Source: a virus. Taken from it: a stretch of 64,000 nt of DNA. The stretch's first letter is position 1. Each line of letters begins with the position of its first letter. The stretch is taken from positions 24,898-88,897 of the IMG/VR virus record IMGVR_UViG_3300020177_001482; one strand, 5' to 3'. A program made the translations under genes and the position numbers. Below the pieces are notes generated by a model that worked only from the letters and a program-made list of their open reading frames with translations, searched no databases and had not been told where the DNA came from. Below are positions 9,939-18,759 of this stretch, piece by piece.

Positions 9939-10926
9939 AGGTTCCAGCAAGGCCGTACTGGTCACAGGCGGAGCAGGCTATGTGGGTTCACACACCTGCA
10001 AACTGTTGGTCAAGAACGGATACACACCAATCACAGTGGACAGACACTACAGAGAAGGGTTGAAATCATTTGGACCAAACTACAATTTAAATCTCCCACA
10101 GGAGATAGACAGGATTGACGAGATAATCAACAGGTACAACATAACCAGTTGTATACATTTCGCAGGTAGCACCAGTGTGCCTGAGAGCGTTGCCAATCCA
10201 TCTTTGTATTACAAAAATAATTTAATCACGACTATATCGTTGTTAGACAAACTTATCGAGTGTGATGTTAAGACATTCGTTTACAGTTCCAGTGCGGCCA
10301 CATACGGTGATCCCGGAATGCAGTTGGCCATGGAGACAGACGTCGCCAATCCGATCAGTGCATACGGTGGTAGCAAACTGATGATAGAGATGGTGTGTCG
10401 AGATTACTTGAGGGCATACGGTTTGAGCAGTGTAGGTCTGAGATACTTCAATGCCGCTGGTGCAGATCCAGAAGGTGAGATTGGAGAACTAAGGGAAAAA
10501 GAAACACACATCATACCACTGGCCATAGAGGCCGCCAAGCAAGGCAAGACGTTCAAGATATTTGGTGACAAGTATCCAACAGATGACGGAACATGTGTGA
10601 GGGATTATGTGCATGTGATGGACCTAGCGGACGCACACATAAAAGCATTGAATCACGCTTCAGAGAACCCAGTAGCAGATGTGTTCAACTTGGGTTCGGG
10701 AGAACCTGCTTCCAACAAGCAGTTGGTAGAGGCAGTGCAGAAACACGCAGGTGAAATGATAGTGGAGATGCATGACAACAGGCCTGGAGATCCCGCATAC
10801 CTAGTGGCGGACACCAGCAAGGTAAAGGAAATTTTAAAGTGGGAACCTACACAGAGCAGTCTTGACAATGTGGTGGCAACTGCTGTACAATGGTATAACA
10901 AGACACACAAGAAGGAAATACAATAA
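9895..10926 (+). CDS. galE: UDP-glucose 4-epimerase
   Basis: GGAGYVGSH, SSSAATYG, YGGSK, LRYFNAAGA, DGTCVRDYVHV; start ATG 9895 chosen for its upstream GGAGA. Confidence 0.93.
   Translation: MDNTTETQYQNPNIKGSSKAVLVTGGAGYVGSHTCKLLVKNGYTPITVDRHYREGLKSFGPNYNLNLPQEIDRIDEIINRYNITSCIHFAGSTSVPESVANPSLYYKNNLITTISLLDKLIECDVKTFVYSSSAATYGDPGMQLAMETDVANPISAYGGSKLMIEMVCRDYLRAYGLSSVGLRYFNAAGADPEGEIGELREKETHIIPLAIEAAKQGKTFKIFGDKYPTDDGTCVRDYVHVMDLADAHIKALNHASENPVADVFNLGSGEPASNKQLVEAVQKHAGEMIVEMHDNRPGDPAYLVADTSKVKEILKWEPTQSSLDNVVATAVQWYNKTHKKEIQ
10862..10891 (+). promoter_or_regulatory. Possible sigma70-type promoter inside the galE 3' end, upstream of folE
   Basis: TTGACA-18 nt-TACAAT. Confidence 0.5.
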
Positions 10927-11639
10927 TGAGTGAAGATATTTTAAAGGACAGTTGGATGCCTGAGACACCCGTAAGCAAAAAGATCAAGGAAAGAATCAAG
11001 AAGGCAGGCAAGAGATTCCACTCCAATGACAATATCGCTGAATTCATAGAAGACGGCGAGATGGAGTTATTACAGGAAGAAGTGCAAGAAAAATTACAAG
11101 GTGTGCTGGACAGTCTTGTTATTGACACAGAGAACGATCACAACACGAACGAGACTGCCAAACGTGTGGCCAAGATGTACATCAGAGAAACATTCGGTGG
11201 TAGATTCAAACCAGCACCGAGAGTGACGAGTTTCCCCAACATGGGTTACAAGAGCATGTACACTAGTGGTCCAATATCGATCAGATCAACGTGTGCCCAT
11301 CACTTCCAGAACATAGTTGGCAAGGCGTGGGTTGGCATCATCCCAAATGGTGAAGTTATTGGATTGAGCAAGTTCAATAGGATCGTACATCACATCGTGG
11401 AGAGACCGCAGATACAGGAAGAGATGACGACACAGATCGCAGATGAATTGAAAAAATATGCCAAGACCGAGAATCTTGCAGTGGTAGTCAAAGCAGAACA
11501 TCACTGCATGACGCACAGGGGTGTCAGGGAACACGAATCAGACATGACCACAGCGATCATGCTGGGAGCATTCAAAGATGATCCTGCAACAAGAGATGAG
11601 TTTTACAAAATCTGTATGAGCATGAAGGGCCATGGCTAA
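10926..11639 (+). CDS. folE: GTP cyclohydrolase I
   Basis: STCAHH, GLSKFNR, RPQIQE, AEHHCMTHRGV. Confidence 0.97.
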   Translation: MSEDILKDSWMPETPVSKKIKERIKKAGKRFHSNDNIAEFIEDGEMELLQEEVQEKLQGVLDSLVIDTENDHNTNETAKRVAKMYIRETFGGRFKPAPRVTSFPNMGYKSMYTSGPISIRSTCAHHFQNIVGKAWVGIIPNGEVIGLSKFNRIVHHIVERPQIQEEMTTQIADELKKYAKTENLAVVVKAEHHCMTHRGVREHESDMTTAIMLGAFKDDPATRDEFYKICMSMKGHG

Positions 11640-11988
11640 GAAAAGCAAAGCACAAATCAAAAAAGAACAGGCCAACATGCAGTCAGACAACATAGAGATG
11701 GGTGCAATGAGTTCAGACGGAATACAGAACACTGGAGATTTCACATACTCCTTCGCAGACCTAGACGACGATCTAGGTATGACTACGAACACAGGTGGGG
11801 TTGTTAAGACAGCGACAGTCGATACTGTAGACTCAGGATTTTCATTCAATTACAACGACGTAGGACTTGACGTGTTTGACGAGATGGAACTGCAAGACAA
11901 GTACCCAGCTCTGAAACAGGCCCACGAACACTATAAAAGTGTTCTCGAAATTTGCAAGACAAAAGAAAAGGAAGAAAATGAGGATTGA
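11632..11988 (+). CDS. Hypothetical acidic protein
   Basis: Overlaps both neighbours. Confidence 0.65.
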   Translation: MAKKSKAQIKKEQANMQSDNIEMGAMSSDGIQNTGDFTYSFADLDDDLGMTTNTGGVVKTATVDTVDSGFSFNYNDVGLDVFDEMELQDKYPALKQAHEHYKSVLEICKTKEKEENED

Positions 11989-13027
11989 TAACGAACCAAA
12001 ATTGAACTTCGAGGATGTATTACTGAAACCAAAGCGTTCTACATTGAGTTCACGTAGAGATGTGGACATGACACGTAAGTTCACTTTCAGGAATTCAGGC
12101 AAGGTTATGGACTTCCTGCCAATATTCGCCAGCAACATGGACGGTGTCGGCACGTTCTCTATGGCAAAGCAAATGCAGAATCACAAGATGATGACCGTGA
12201 TCACTAAATCAACCACTCCAGAACAATGGAAAGAGGCCGCTGGCACAGGACTGAGAATGCAGTCAGTTTCGGTCTGTACAGGAACTAATGTCATGTGGGA
12301 TCCTGAAGCACAGGACTACAAGAACATGCAACAGGTATTAGAGATGTTTCCGGATGTCAAAATGATCACCATTGATGTTGCGAATGCTTATCACCAAAAC
12401 TTCGTAGATTTTATAAGGAGAGTCCGAGACGAATATCCAGACAAAGTAATAATAGCAGGAAATGTTGTGACGCCCGAGATGGTGGAGGAGTTGATAATAA
12501 ACGGTGCTGATGTAGTCAAGATAGGCATAGGACCGGGTTCGGTATGTACTACAAGGACCATGACCGGAGTTGGTGTGCCACAGTTCTCAGCCATAGTTGA
12601 ATGTTCAGACGCCGCAAACGGTGTTGGTGGACACATAATGGCGGATGGTGGTTGCGTTTATCCAGGCGATATTGCAAAAGCATTTGGTGGCGGAGCACAC
12701 ATGGTCATGATAGGTGGCATGCTGGCAGGACATGACGAATCAGAACAACCTGTGGTTGACGGCAGAGTAGAATTCTACGGAATGAGCTCAGACAGAGCGA
12801 GAGAAGTACACGGAAAACGCAAAGACGGATACAGAGGTAACGAGGGTAGACTCATATCCTTGCCACACAGAGGACCTGTTGGACCAACATTAGAAGACAT
12901 ACTGGGTGGAGTCAGGAGTGCCTGCACATACATAGGTGCAAGGAGATTGAAAGACATGGCCAAGTGTGCCAGTTTTGTAACAACCAACAACGTGATCAAC
13001 AGGGTTTATGAACAATACACCAAATAA
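11978..13027 (+). CDS. guaC: GMP reductase
   Basis: MRIDNEPKLNFEDVLLKPKRSTLSSR N-terminus, SNMDGVG, GIGPGSVCTTR, ADGGC, GGVRSACTYIGA. Confidence 0.93.
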   Translation: MRIDNEPKLNFEDVLLKPKRSTLSSRRDVDMTRKFTFRNSGKVMDFLPIFASNMDGVGTFSMAKQMQNHKMMTVITKSTTPEQWKEAAGTGLRMQSVSVCTGTNVMWDPEAQDYKNMQQVLEMFPDVKMITIDVANAYHQNFVDFIRRVRDEYPDKVIIAGNVVTPEMVEELIINGADVVKIGIGPGSVCTTRTMTGVGVPQFSAIVECSDAANGVGGHIMADGGCVYPGDIAKAFGGGAHMVMIGGMLAGHDESEQPVVDGRVEFYGMSSDRAREVHGKRKDGYRGNEGRLISLPHRGPVGPTLEDILGGVRSACTYIGARRLKDMAKCASFVTTNNVINRVYEQYTK

Positions 13028-13340
13028 CATAGAACCAATCAAAGAGAAACTGGACGACAAGATTAAGAAGTTGAATTCTTCTCGGGTCATAAAGAAAGTG
13101 ACACCCAAGGGAGATCTTTCTTGGTACGTGAAATGGGTCTCGGTGTTCTTTATATTGGTAGCGACGGCGGCCAGGAGTGTTGGCACCATCCCACACATAG
13201 ACATGTGGTTCGGATTAGTGGGCACCGTAGGATGGGCATGGGTTGGATACCTTTGGCATGACCGGGCACTGTTGTTCCTTAACGCAATACTAGTCACACT
13301 ATTGATAATAGGACTAATGAATTACTACTTTGGAATATGA
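13008..13340 (+). CDS. Small membrane protein (about 3 TM helices)
   Basis: Hydrophobic segments; WVGYLWHDRALLFLN. Confidence 0.7.
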   Translation: MNNTPNNIEPIKEKLDDKIKKLNSSRVIKKVTPKGDLSWYVKWVSVFFILVATAARSVGTIPHIDMWFGLVGTVGWAWVGYLWHDRALLFLNAILVTLLIIGLMNYYFGI

Positions 13341-13801
13341 GCGAGGAAGTCAAAAAGAGTTACTTCACCACAGGACAGATGCGTAACGCACTGATCCAGA
13401 TCGAGGACAAGATGGTACACTCAAACTGGATGCCCAACATCATACTTGGGATCAACAGGGGTGGTTGCATACCAGGAGTATATCTCTCACACAGATTGAA
13501 AACTGCACACGAAGTTCTGGATATAAGATTGAGGGATCACACTACCAAACCTGACCTACGCACATTAGAAAAAGCATTCGCTTTCCAAAAGAAAATACTG
13601 ATCATAGACGACATTAACGATTCAGGGGCAACTTTCCAATACATACTAGACAACTTTGGCAAACGTGAGGACAGGATAAGATTCGCCGCACTGATCAACA
13701 ACAAGCCTAGCAAAGTCAAAGTAGATTACCACGGTTACGAGATCAACAAGGACGAAGTGCCCGCTTGGATCGTGTTCCCATGGGAAGACTGGGACAAGTA
13801 G
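13337..13801 (+). CDS. Type I phosphoribosyltransferase (Gpt/Hpt-like)
   Basis: GINRGG, PRPP loop LIIDDINDSGAT, C-terminal WIVFPWE. Confidence 0.92.
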   Translation: MSEEVKKSYFTTGQMRNALIQIEDKMVHSNWMPNIILGINRGGCIPGVYLSHRLKTAHEVLDIRLRDHTTKPDLRTLEKAFAFQKKILIIDDINDSGATFQYILDNFGKREDRIRFAALINNKPSKVKVDYHGYEINKDEVPAWIVFPWEDWDK

Positions 13802-13814
13802 ACCAAAGGTTGTA

Positions 13815-13843
13815 TTGACCTTATTCCAATAAACTGCTACAAT
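13815..13843 (+). promoter_or_regulatory. Sigma70-type promoter with extended -10
   Basis: TTGACC-17 nt-(TGc)TACAAT; AGGAG RBS before 13877. Confidence 0.7.
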
Positions 13844-13876
13844 TACGGACATTTAAATTAACCTATAGGAGATTAA

Positions 13877-14485
13877 ATGTTCAAAAACGTAGACAAATCA
13901 ATGCTGATGAAATTGGTGTTACTGCACGTTGTGGTGATCACTGTTTCAAATGCGTTAGTGGCTATCCCAGTAGAGATACTTGGAGTCAAACTGACGTGGG
14001 CGGCATTCACATTCCCATTGGTCGTTATAGCCACTGACTTGACTGTAAGACTATTGGGCAAACACATAGCCAGAGCCACAATCGCGGCGGCGTATCCATT
14101 AGCAATAATCGGATCCATCGCAGTAGTGTTGGCGGAAGGCGCACCACAATCGGTTGCTTTAAGGATTGGTTTCGCAAGTGCCACTGCTTATGCTATCGGT
14201 ACGTTACTTGACGTGTACGTATTCCAGTACATCAGGGAATCGAAGACATACGGCAAGAACTGGTGGATGGCACCAGCGGTATCAACTATCGCGGCCAACA
14301 TAATCGACACTTACACATTCTTCGCAGTTGCATTCAACAACAGCGCCGATGAATACATGGCGGCGAACTGGGTTGAGATCGCGGGATCGCAGGTGGTGTT
14401 GAAAATCATAGTGGGACTAGTTGTGTTCTTACCAGCATACGGATTATTGCTGAACAGACTACAGAAGACCTACAAACTCAAATAA
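13877..14485 (+). CDS. yhhQ: YhhQ/VUT-family preQ0/preQ1 transporter
   Basis: Multi-TM protein with SNALV, TWAAFTFP..ATDLTVRLLG, RIGFASATAY..G.LLDV and NIIDT..FF motifs. Confidence 0.88.
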   Translation: MFKNVDKSMLMKLVLLHVVVITVSNALVAIPVEILGVKLTWAAFTFPLVVIATDLTVRLLGKHIARATIAAAYPLAIIGSIAVVLAEGAPQSVALRIGFASATAYAIGTLLDVYVFQYIRESKTYGKNWWMAPAVSTIAANIIDTYTFFAVAFNNSADEYMAANWVEIAGSQVVLKIIVGLVVFLPAYGLLLNRLQKTYKLK

Positions 14486-14490
14486 TCAGT

Positions 14491-14514
14491 TGGGGGAGTT
14501 TTATGCTCCCCCCA
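14491..14514 (+). terminator. GC-rich hairpin after yhhQ (terminator-like)
   Basis: tgggggag-ttttatg-ctcccccca inverted repeat; weak U tail. Confidence 0.55.
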
Positions 14515-14544
14515 TTGACTTCTCATCTAAATATCCTATATAAT
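14515..14544 (+). promoter_or_regulatory. Composite sigma70 + TAAATA promoter
   Basis: TTGACT-18 nt-TATAAT with TAAATA inside the spacer. Confidence 0.65.
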
Positions 14545-14568
14545 AAAGAATAGGAAGGTACAAAATTT

Positions 14569-14964
14569 ATGACAAACAAAGCAGGAAAAATCTGGGGCGA
14601 AACAGAACTCATATTAGCAAACAACTCATTGGAATTCCACAGGATCGATTACAAGAAGGGCGGGGTATGTAGCAAACACCTGCACGAATGGAAGTGGAAT
14701 GGATTCTATGTGATGAGCGGACAGATGAAGATCAGGGTGTGGCAGAAAGACTACGACCTCGTAGATGAGACAATATTGAATCCAGGAGACTTCACTGCTG
14801 TGAAGCCAGGACTGTATCACAGTTTTGAAGGTCTAGAAGACGGCGTGGCATTTGAACTGTACTGGGCCAATTTCTCGGTTCATGACATCCAGAGGGAATC
14901 TGTTGGACATCTCAAGGATGTTGACGGTAAAGTTGTCAGACTAGACAAGAACAAGAAGAAATAG
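14569..14964 (+). CDS. Cupin-domain protein
   Basis: SKHLHEWK and PGLYHSF metal-binding cupin motifs. Confidence 0.8.
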   Translation: MTNKAGKIWGETELILANNSLEFHRIDYKKGGVCSKHLHEWKWNGFYVMSGQMKIRVWQKDYDLVDETILNPGDFTAVKPGLYHSFEGLEDGVAFELYWANFSVHDIQRESVGHLKDVDGKVVRLDKNKKK

Positions 14965-15113
14965 TGGCTGGTAATATTTCTCCTGACAATAAATGGAAAA
15001 TAATAATAGAAGACAACAAGGTCGTCTGGATTGAGTTGACTGAAGACAAAGACCAGTATAAAATAGAAGAACTAGTTGAAGCAACAAAAAAGATATTACC
15101 AGAGATATGGTAG
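14964..15113 (+). CDS. Unlisted 49-aa hypothetical protein (MAGNISPDNKWK...LPEIW)
   Basis: GTG overlapping the cupin stop; exactly fills the gap to queE. Confidence 0.5.
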   Translation: MAGNISPDNKWKIIIEDNKVVWIELTEDKDQYKIEELVEATKKILPEIW

Positions 15114-16006
15114 ACGAAAAGAAATATTACTATTCAGAGATATTCCATAGCATTCAAGGCGAGGGACACTACACAGGCGTTCCAACCGCTTGGATAAGAT
15201 TCTTCCTTTGCAACTTGCAGTGTAGTGGGTTTGGACAGGAGGATCCAACAGATCCAAGCACATATGAATTGCCATTCGAAGACTTTGATGTTGATAGTGT
15301 AAAAAAAGTTGAAGACTTACCCGTATGGGAAAAAGGCTGTGACAGTTCTTATACATGGGCAAAGAAGTTCAAGAAACTGATGGGCCACGAAACGCCTACG
15401 GTACTAGCAGATAAAATCGTGGACATATTAAAGACAGACACAAACCAAAATGGATTGTTCCTACATCCAAACTCTAGACAACATCAACACTTGTGTTTCA
15501 CAGGTGGAGAACCTTTAATGATCACAGGACAGGCGGCGAGCATGGGCATATACAGAGAACTTGAAAGACAGGCCAACCTGCCGAGTTCTATGACGTTCGA
15601 GACCAACGGCACACAGAAACTTACAGAGCCATTCAAACAATGGGTAAAGGACATTCCAGAAGAGATATTCTTCAGTGTGAGTCCCAAACTGTTCACTGTA
15701 TCAGGTGAGAAGACAGCAAAAGCGATCAAGCCTGAAAATGTAAAAGAGTATGCAGAGTGTAGCAACAGAGGACAACTTAAATTTGTCGTGGGTGCAAGTA
15801 GAAGAGAGTGGGAAGAACTCGAAAACACAGTAAAAAAATTCAGAGAAGCAGGCATAGATTGGCCAGTATGGATAATGCCCGTGGGAGCAAGGGAAGAGGA
15901 ACAGACAGCGGGTGCAGGCAAGGTGGCAGAAGAGGCATTCAAGAGAGGATACAATGTATCTGCGAGAGTACATGTGTATCTGTTTGGTAATGCAATTGGC
16001 ACATAA
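15107..16006 (+). CDS. queE: 7-carboxy-7-deazaguanine synthase (radical SAM)
   Basis: EIFHSIQGEG, CNLQC...GCDS, FTGGEP, FETNGT, SVSPK, SARVHVYLFG. Confidence 0.92.
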   Translation: MVDEKKYYYSEIFHSIQGEGHYTGVPTAWIRFFLCNLQCSGFGQEDPTDPSTYELPFEDFDVDSVKKVEDLPVWEKGCDSSYTWAKKFKKLMGHETPTVLADKIVDILKTDTNQNGLFLHPNSRQHQHLCFTGGEPLMITGQAASMGIYRELERQANLPSSMTFETNGTQKLTEPFKQWVKDIPEEIFFSVSPKLFTVSGEKTAKAIKPENVKEYAECSNRGQLKFVVGASRREWEELENTVKKFREAGIDWPVWIMPVGAREEEQTAGAGKVAEEAFKRGYNVSARVHVYLFGNAIGT

Positions 16007-16009
16007 TAA

Positions 16010-16038
16010 TAGACGGAAAGGTAAAAATACTATATAAT
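16010..16038 (+). promoter_or_regulatory. Sigma70-type promoter
   Basis: TAGACG-17 nt-TATAAT, ATG 6 nt downstream. Confidence 0.65.
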
Positions 16039-16044
16039 AATACT

Positions 16045-16377
16045 ATGAAGGTGAAAAAAACAGCAAAGACAACTATTAAGAAAAAAAACACAAAAGGTTC
16101 TAAGAAAACGAAGAGCGAAGAACCGATCGTTAAGGTGTTGAACTTGAATGTGAATCCCGAAAACCCAAGGAACGGTTTCTTCGAACTGGATTGGAACGAC
16201 GAGTTCGTGAACATGCTAAAACAATCTGGTTACGAGGGTGCAAGTGAAGAAGAGATTGTGGACAGGTGGTTCCAGACGTTGTGTAGGACCATAGGCAATG
16301 AACAGGGCATAGACGTCACTGGATCTGGCTACGTTCAGATCAACAGGAGAGACGATGGCAAGACCGAAGTCGGTTAA
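16045..16377 (+). CDS. Hypothetical phage protein with Lys-rich N-terminus
   Basis: GFFELDWNDEFV..L...GY..EEEIVDRWF; promoter directly upstream. Confidence 0.75.
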   Translation: MKVKKTAKTTIKKKNTKGSKKTKSEEPIVKVLNLNVNPENPRNGFFELDWNDEFVNMLKQSGYEGASEEEIVDRWFQTLCRTIGNEQGIDVTGSGYVQINRRDDGKTEVG

Positions 16378-17038
16378 TTCAAAGATACTAATCAGTGGTT
16401 GTGGCATATCATACGGCAAGAGCGAGAGACCTACCTGGGTAAAAATTCTGAAGATTTGTGGACTTGATATTAAAGATCTGACAGGTCCTGGAATAACAAA
16501 TTCTCTTATCTTAAATTTGCTAATAAATGAATTGCACCAGAATACCTATAGCCATGTTATATGTCAACTCACGCAGTTGGGTAAATTAGATGTAGAATTG
16601 AATGATAAAAACAGACCATTGATGGAAAATGATAGTTTGAGAAATTACTCTTTTGGAAAATACTGGCCTAGTAGTTTTAGCACAGATCATGTTTCTAAAA
16701 AAATGTTTTATGATTACCTTTACAGTCCTGGCATTGAGGAACAAGATTTAATAATAAAGATTCTATTTCTGCAGGAATTGTGTCGTAAGAAGAAAACTAA
16801 GTTGTGTATATTTCAAGGAACGAGGATAACATGGAAAGACCCACTGCATAAAAAACTTTTACTGTGGAAAGATTTCATCATGAAGGAGGATTACGAGAAA
16901 CATGAAACTTACAAATTTCATGATAAGACCAGTAAAGTTATTACCCCAAATAAGTTCTATCAAATTTATTTCGCTAAAAAAATTAATCAATTTTTTATAA
17001 AAGAAAATATACAGACAAAATTGGAAAAATTTAAATGA
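16355..17038 (+). CDS. Degenerate SGNH-like protein, AT-rich
   Basis: ILISGCGISY and GITN align with the GCSFT/G..N blocks of 32152 and 38032. Confidence 0.5.
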   Translation: MARPKSVNSKILISGCGISYGKSERPTWVKILKICGLDIKDLTGPGITNSLILNLLINELHQNTYSHVICQLTQLGKLDVELNDKNRPLMENDSLRNYSFGKYWPSSFSTDHVSKKMFYDYLYSPGIEEQDLIIKILFLQELCRKKKTKLCIFQGTRITWKDPLHKKLLLWKDFIMKEDYEKHETYKFHDKTSKVITPNKFYQIYFAKKINQFFIKENIQTKLEKFK

Positions 17039-17754
17039 AACCTGTTTATATACTTAATGTAAGCGGAGGGCACGGACATTTCCTACAATGGTTACTTGAT
17101 AAGTTTTGTACCGAAACTCCAAGTATAGAAAAAATACCATTCAATAATCTAGGAGCAAGTCATATAGGGTATAAAAAAAGTGGCAGGTTTATTTTCATAG
17201 ACGATCCTGAAACTGAAAGTTTCCTTAGAAATAACAAAAACAAAAATGCCATAATGATCACTATAGAAAACGAAATTCTTTACTGGGAACGCTCTTGTAT
17301 CTACAGAGCAGGTGATCAAGGAACAGATCTTTTTGATGAAAAATCTATAAAGAAATTCCTCACTATGTATGGTTCACAATTTCCTAAATTGTGTGAAGAT
17401 AAAAAAATATCAATCAAAGAAGGATACAAACTGGCCTTTCAAGATTTAGATAGATCAGGGGCAAGAGTCCACGATACAAAACGTAAAAACTTTATAGGAA
17501 TAGAAAAAAATGATGTGTATTTCCTTAAACTAGGTGCTTTCCTTGATTGTAACCTATTACGGAGTGCTTTGATTGACATAAGCAATCATTTTCAGTTTAA
17601 TATTAATTTGGATTCGTTTGAAAAAAATTATCAGATCTGGCACAACAAAAATACTATTTTACAATCCCAAAAAAACGTGTACGGATGTACAGAACAAGAA
17701 TACCTAAAATTAGACATATTACAACAAGCATATGTTGACGCACAAAAGAAGTAG
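17035..17754 (+). CDS. Hypothetical AT-rich protein, possibly sulfotransferase-like P-loop
   Basis: N-terminal SGGHGHFLQWLL; functional call is weak. Confidence 0.45.
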   Translation: MKPVYILNVSGGHGHFLQWLLDKFCTETPSIEKIPFNNLGASHIGYKKSGRFIFIDDPETESFLRNNKNKNAIMITIENEILYWERSCIYRAGDQGTDLFDEKSIKKFLTMYGSQFPKLCEDKKISIKEGYKLAFQDLDRSGARVHDTKRKNFIGIEKNDVYFLKLGAFLDCNLLRSALIDISNHFQFNINLDSFEKNYQIWHNKNTILQSQKNVYGCTEQEYLKLDILQQAYVDAQKK

Positions 17755-17763
17755 TGCTATAAT
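17735..17763 (+). promoter_or_regulatory. Sigma70-type promoter with extended -10
   Basis: TTGACG-17 nt-(TGc)TATAAT, ATG 6 nt downstream. Confidence 0.8.
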
Positions 17764-17769
17764 ATAACA

Positions 17770-18759
17770 ATGACACACATACTTGTAGACACAGCAAATA
17801 CGTTTTTCCGTGCTAGACACGTAATCAGAGGTGACACTAGCGAAAAAGTGGGCATGGCTATCCACATCATGATGAACTCCATTAAGAAAGCATGGCAGGA
17901 CTTCGGGGGTACACATGTTGTATTCTGTCTAGAAGGCAGATCGTTCCGTAAAGACATATACGCACCCTACAAAAGGAATCGCAAGGAAATGGCAGATGCC
18001 ATGACCGAGAAAGAGAAAGAAGAGAATGTAGTGTTCTGGGAAGTGTACGATGACTTCGTTGACTTCGTTAAAACGAAAACAAATGCCACAGTTCTAAGGA
18101 ACGGCAGAACAGAAGCAGATGATCTCATAGCAAGATGGATAGACAAACATCCTGACCAGCAACATGTTATCATAAGCACAGACAAGGATTTGAATCAGTT
18201 GATCACACCACGTGTGAAGCAGTACAATGGTGTAAACGAGACCACACTCACACACGAAGGTTGGTTTGACGCAAAGACGGGCAAGCCTGTGATAGACAAG
18301 AAATTGAAAGCACCCAAACCTGCACCAGACACGGAGTGGATAGTGTTCGAGAAGGCCATGAGGGGTGATCCCAGTGACAACATATTCAGTGCATACCCGG
18401 GTGTGCGTACAAAAGGCACCAAGAACAAGATTGGCCTGCAAGAAGCATACGCAGACCGTAACGAGAAAGGCTACACATGGAACAATCTCATGTTAAGCAA
18501 GTGGATAGACCATGACGGCAACGAACACAGGGTACTAGAAGACTACGAAAGGAACAGGGCACTAGTGGATCTACACGCACAGCCAGAGGCCATCGTGGAA
18601 GAACTTGATCAAACCATTGCACAGGCCAAGGCAGAGAACAAGAGCGTAGACCAAGTTGGAATCAGATTCATGAGGTTCTGTGGCAAGTACGATTTAAATA
18701 GGATTAGTGAGCAGGCACAACTGTATGTTGAGCCTTTTAATGCGAGGTTAGTATCATGA
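17770..18759 (+). CDS. 5'-3' exonuclease / T4 RNase H-like (FEN superfamily)
   Basis: LVD, SFRKDIYAPYKRNR, EADD, STDKDLNQL, GDPSDNI. Confidence 0.92.
   Translation: MTHILVDTANTFFRARHVIRGDTSEKVGMAIHIMMNSIKKAWQDFGGTHVVFCLEGRSFRKDIYAPYKRNRKEMADAMTEKEKEENVVFWEVYDDFVDFVKTKTNATVLRNGRTEADDLIARWIDKHPDQQHVIISTDKDLNQLITPRVKQYNGVNETTLTHEGWFDAKTGKPVIDKKLKAPKPAPDTEWIVFEKAMRGDPSDNIFSAYPGVRTKGTKNKIGLQEAYADRNEKGYTWNNLMLSKWIDHDGNEHRVLEDYERNRALVDLHAQPEAIVEELDQTIAQAKAENKSVDQVGIRFMRFCGKYDLNRISEQAQLYVEPFNARLVS

Noticed and set aside
13844-13876. Possible preQ1 riboswitch before yhhQ
   Set aside because: The leader is about 30 nt and lacks the stem and A-rich pseudoknot consensus.
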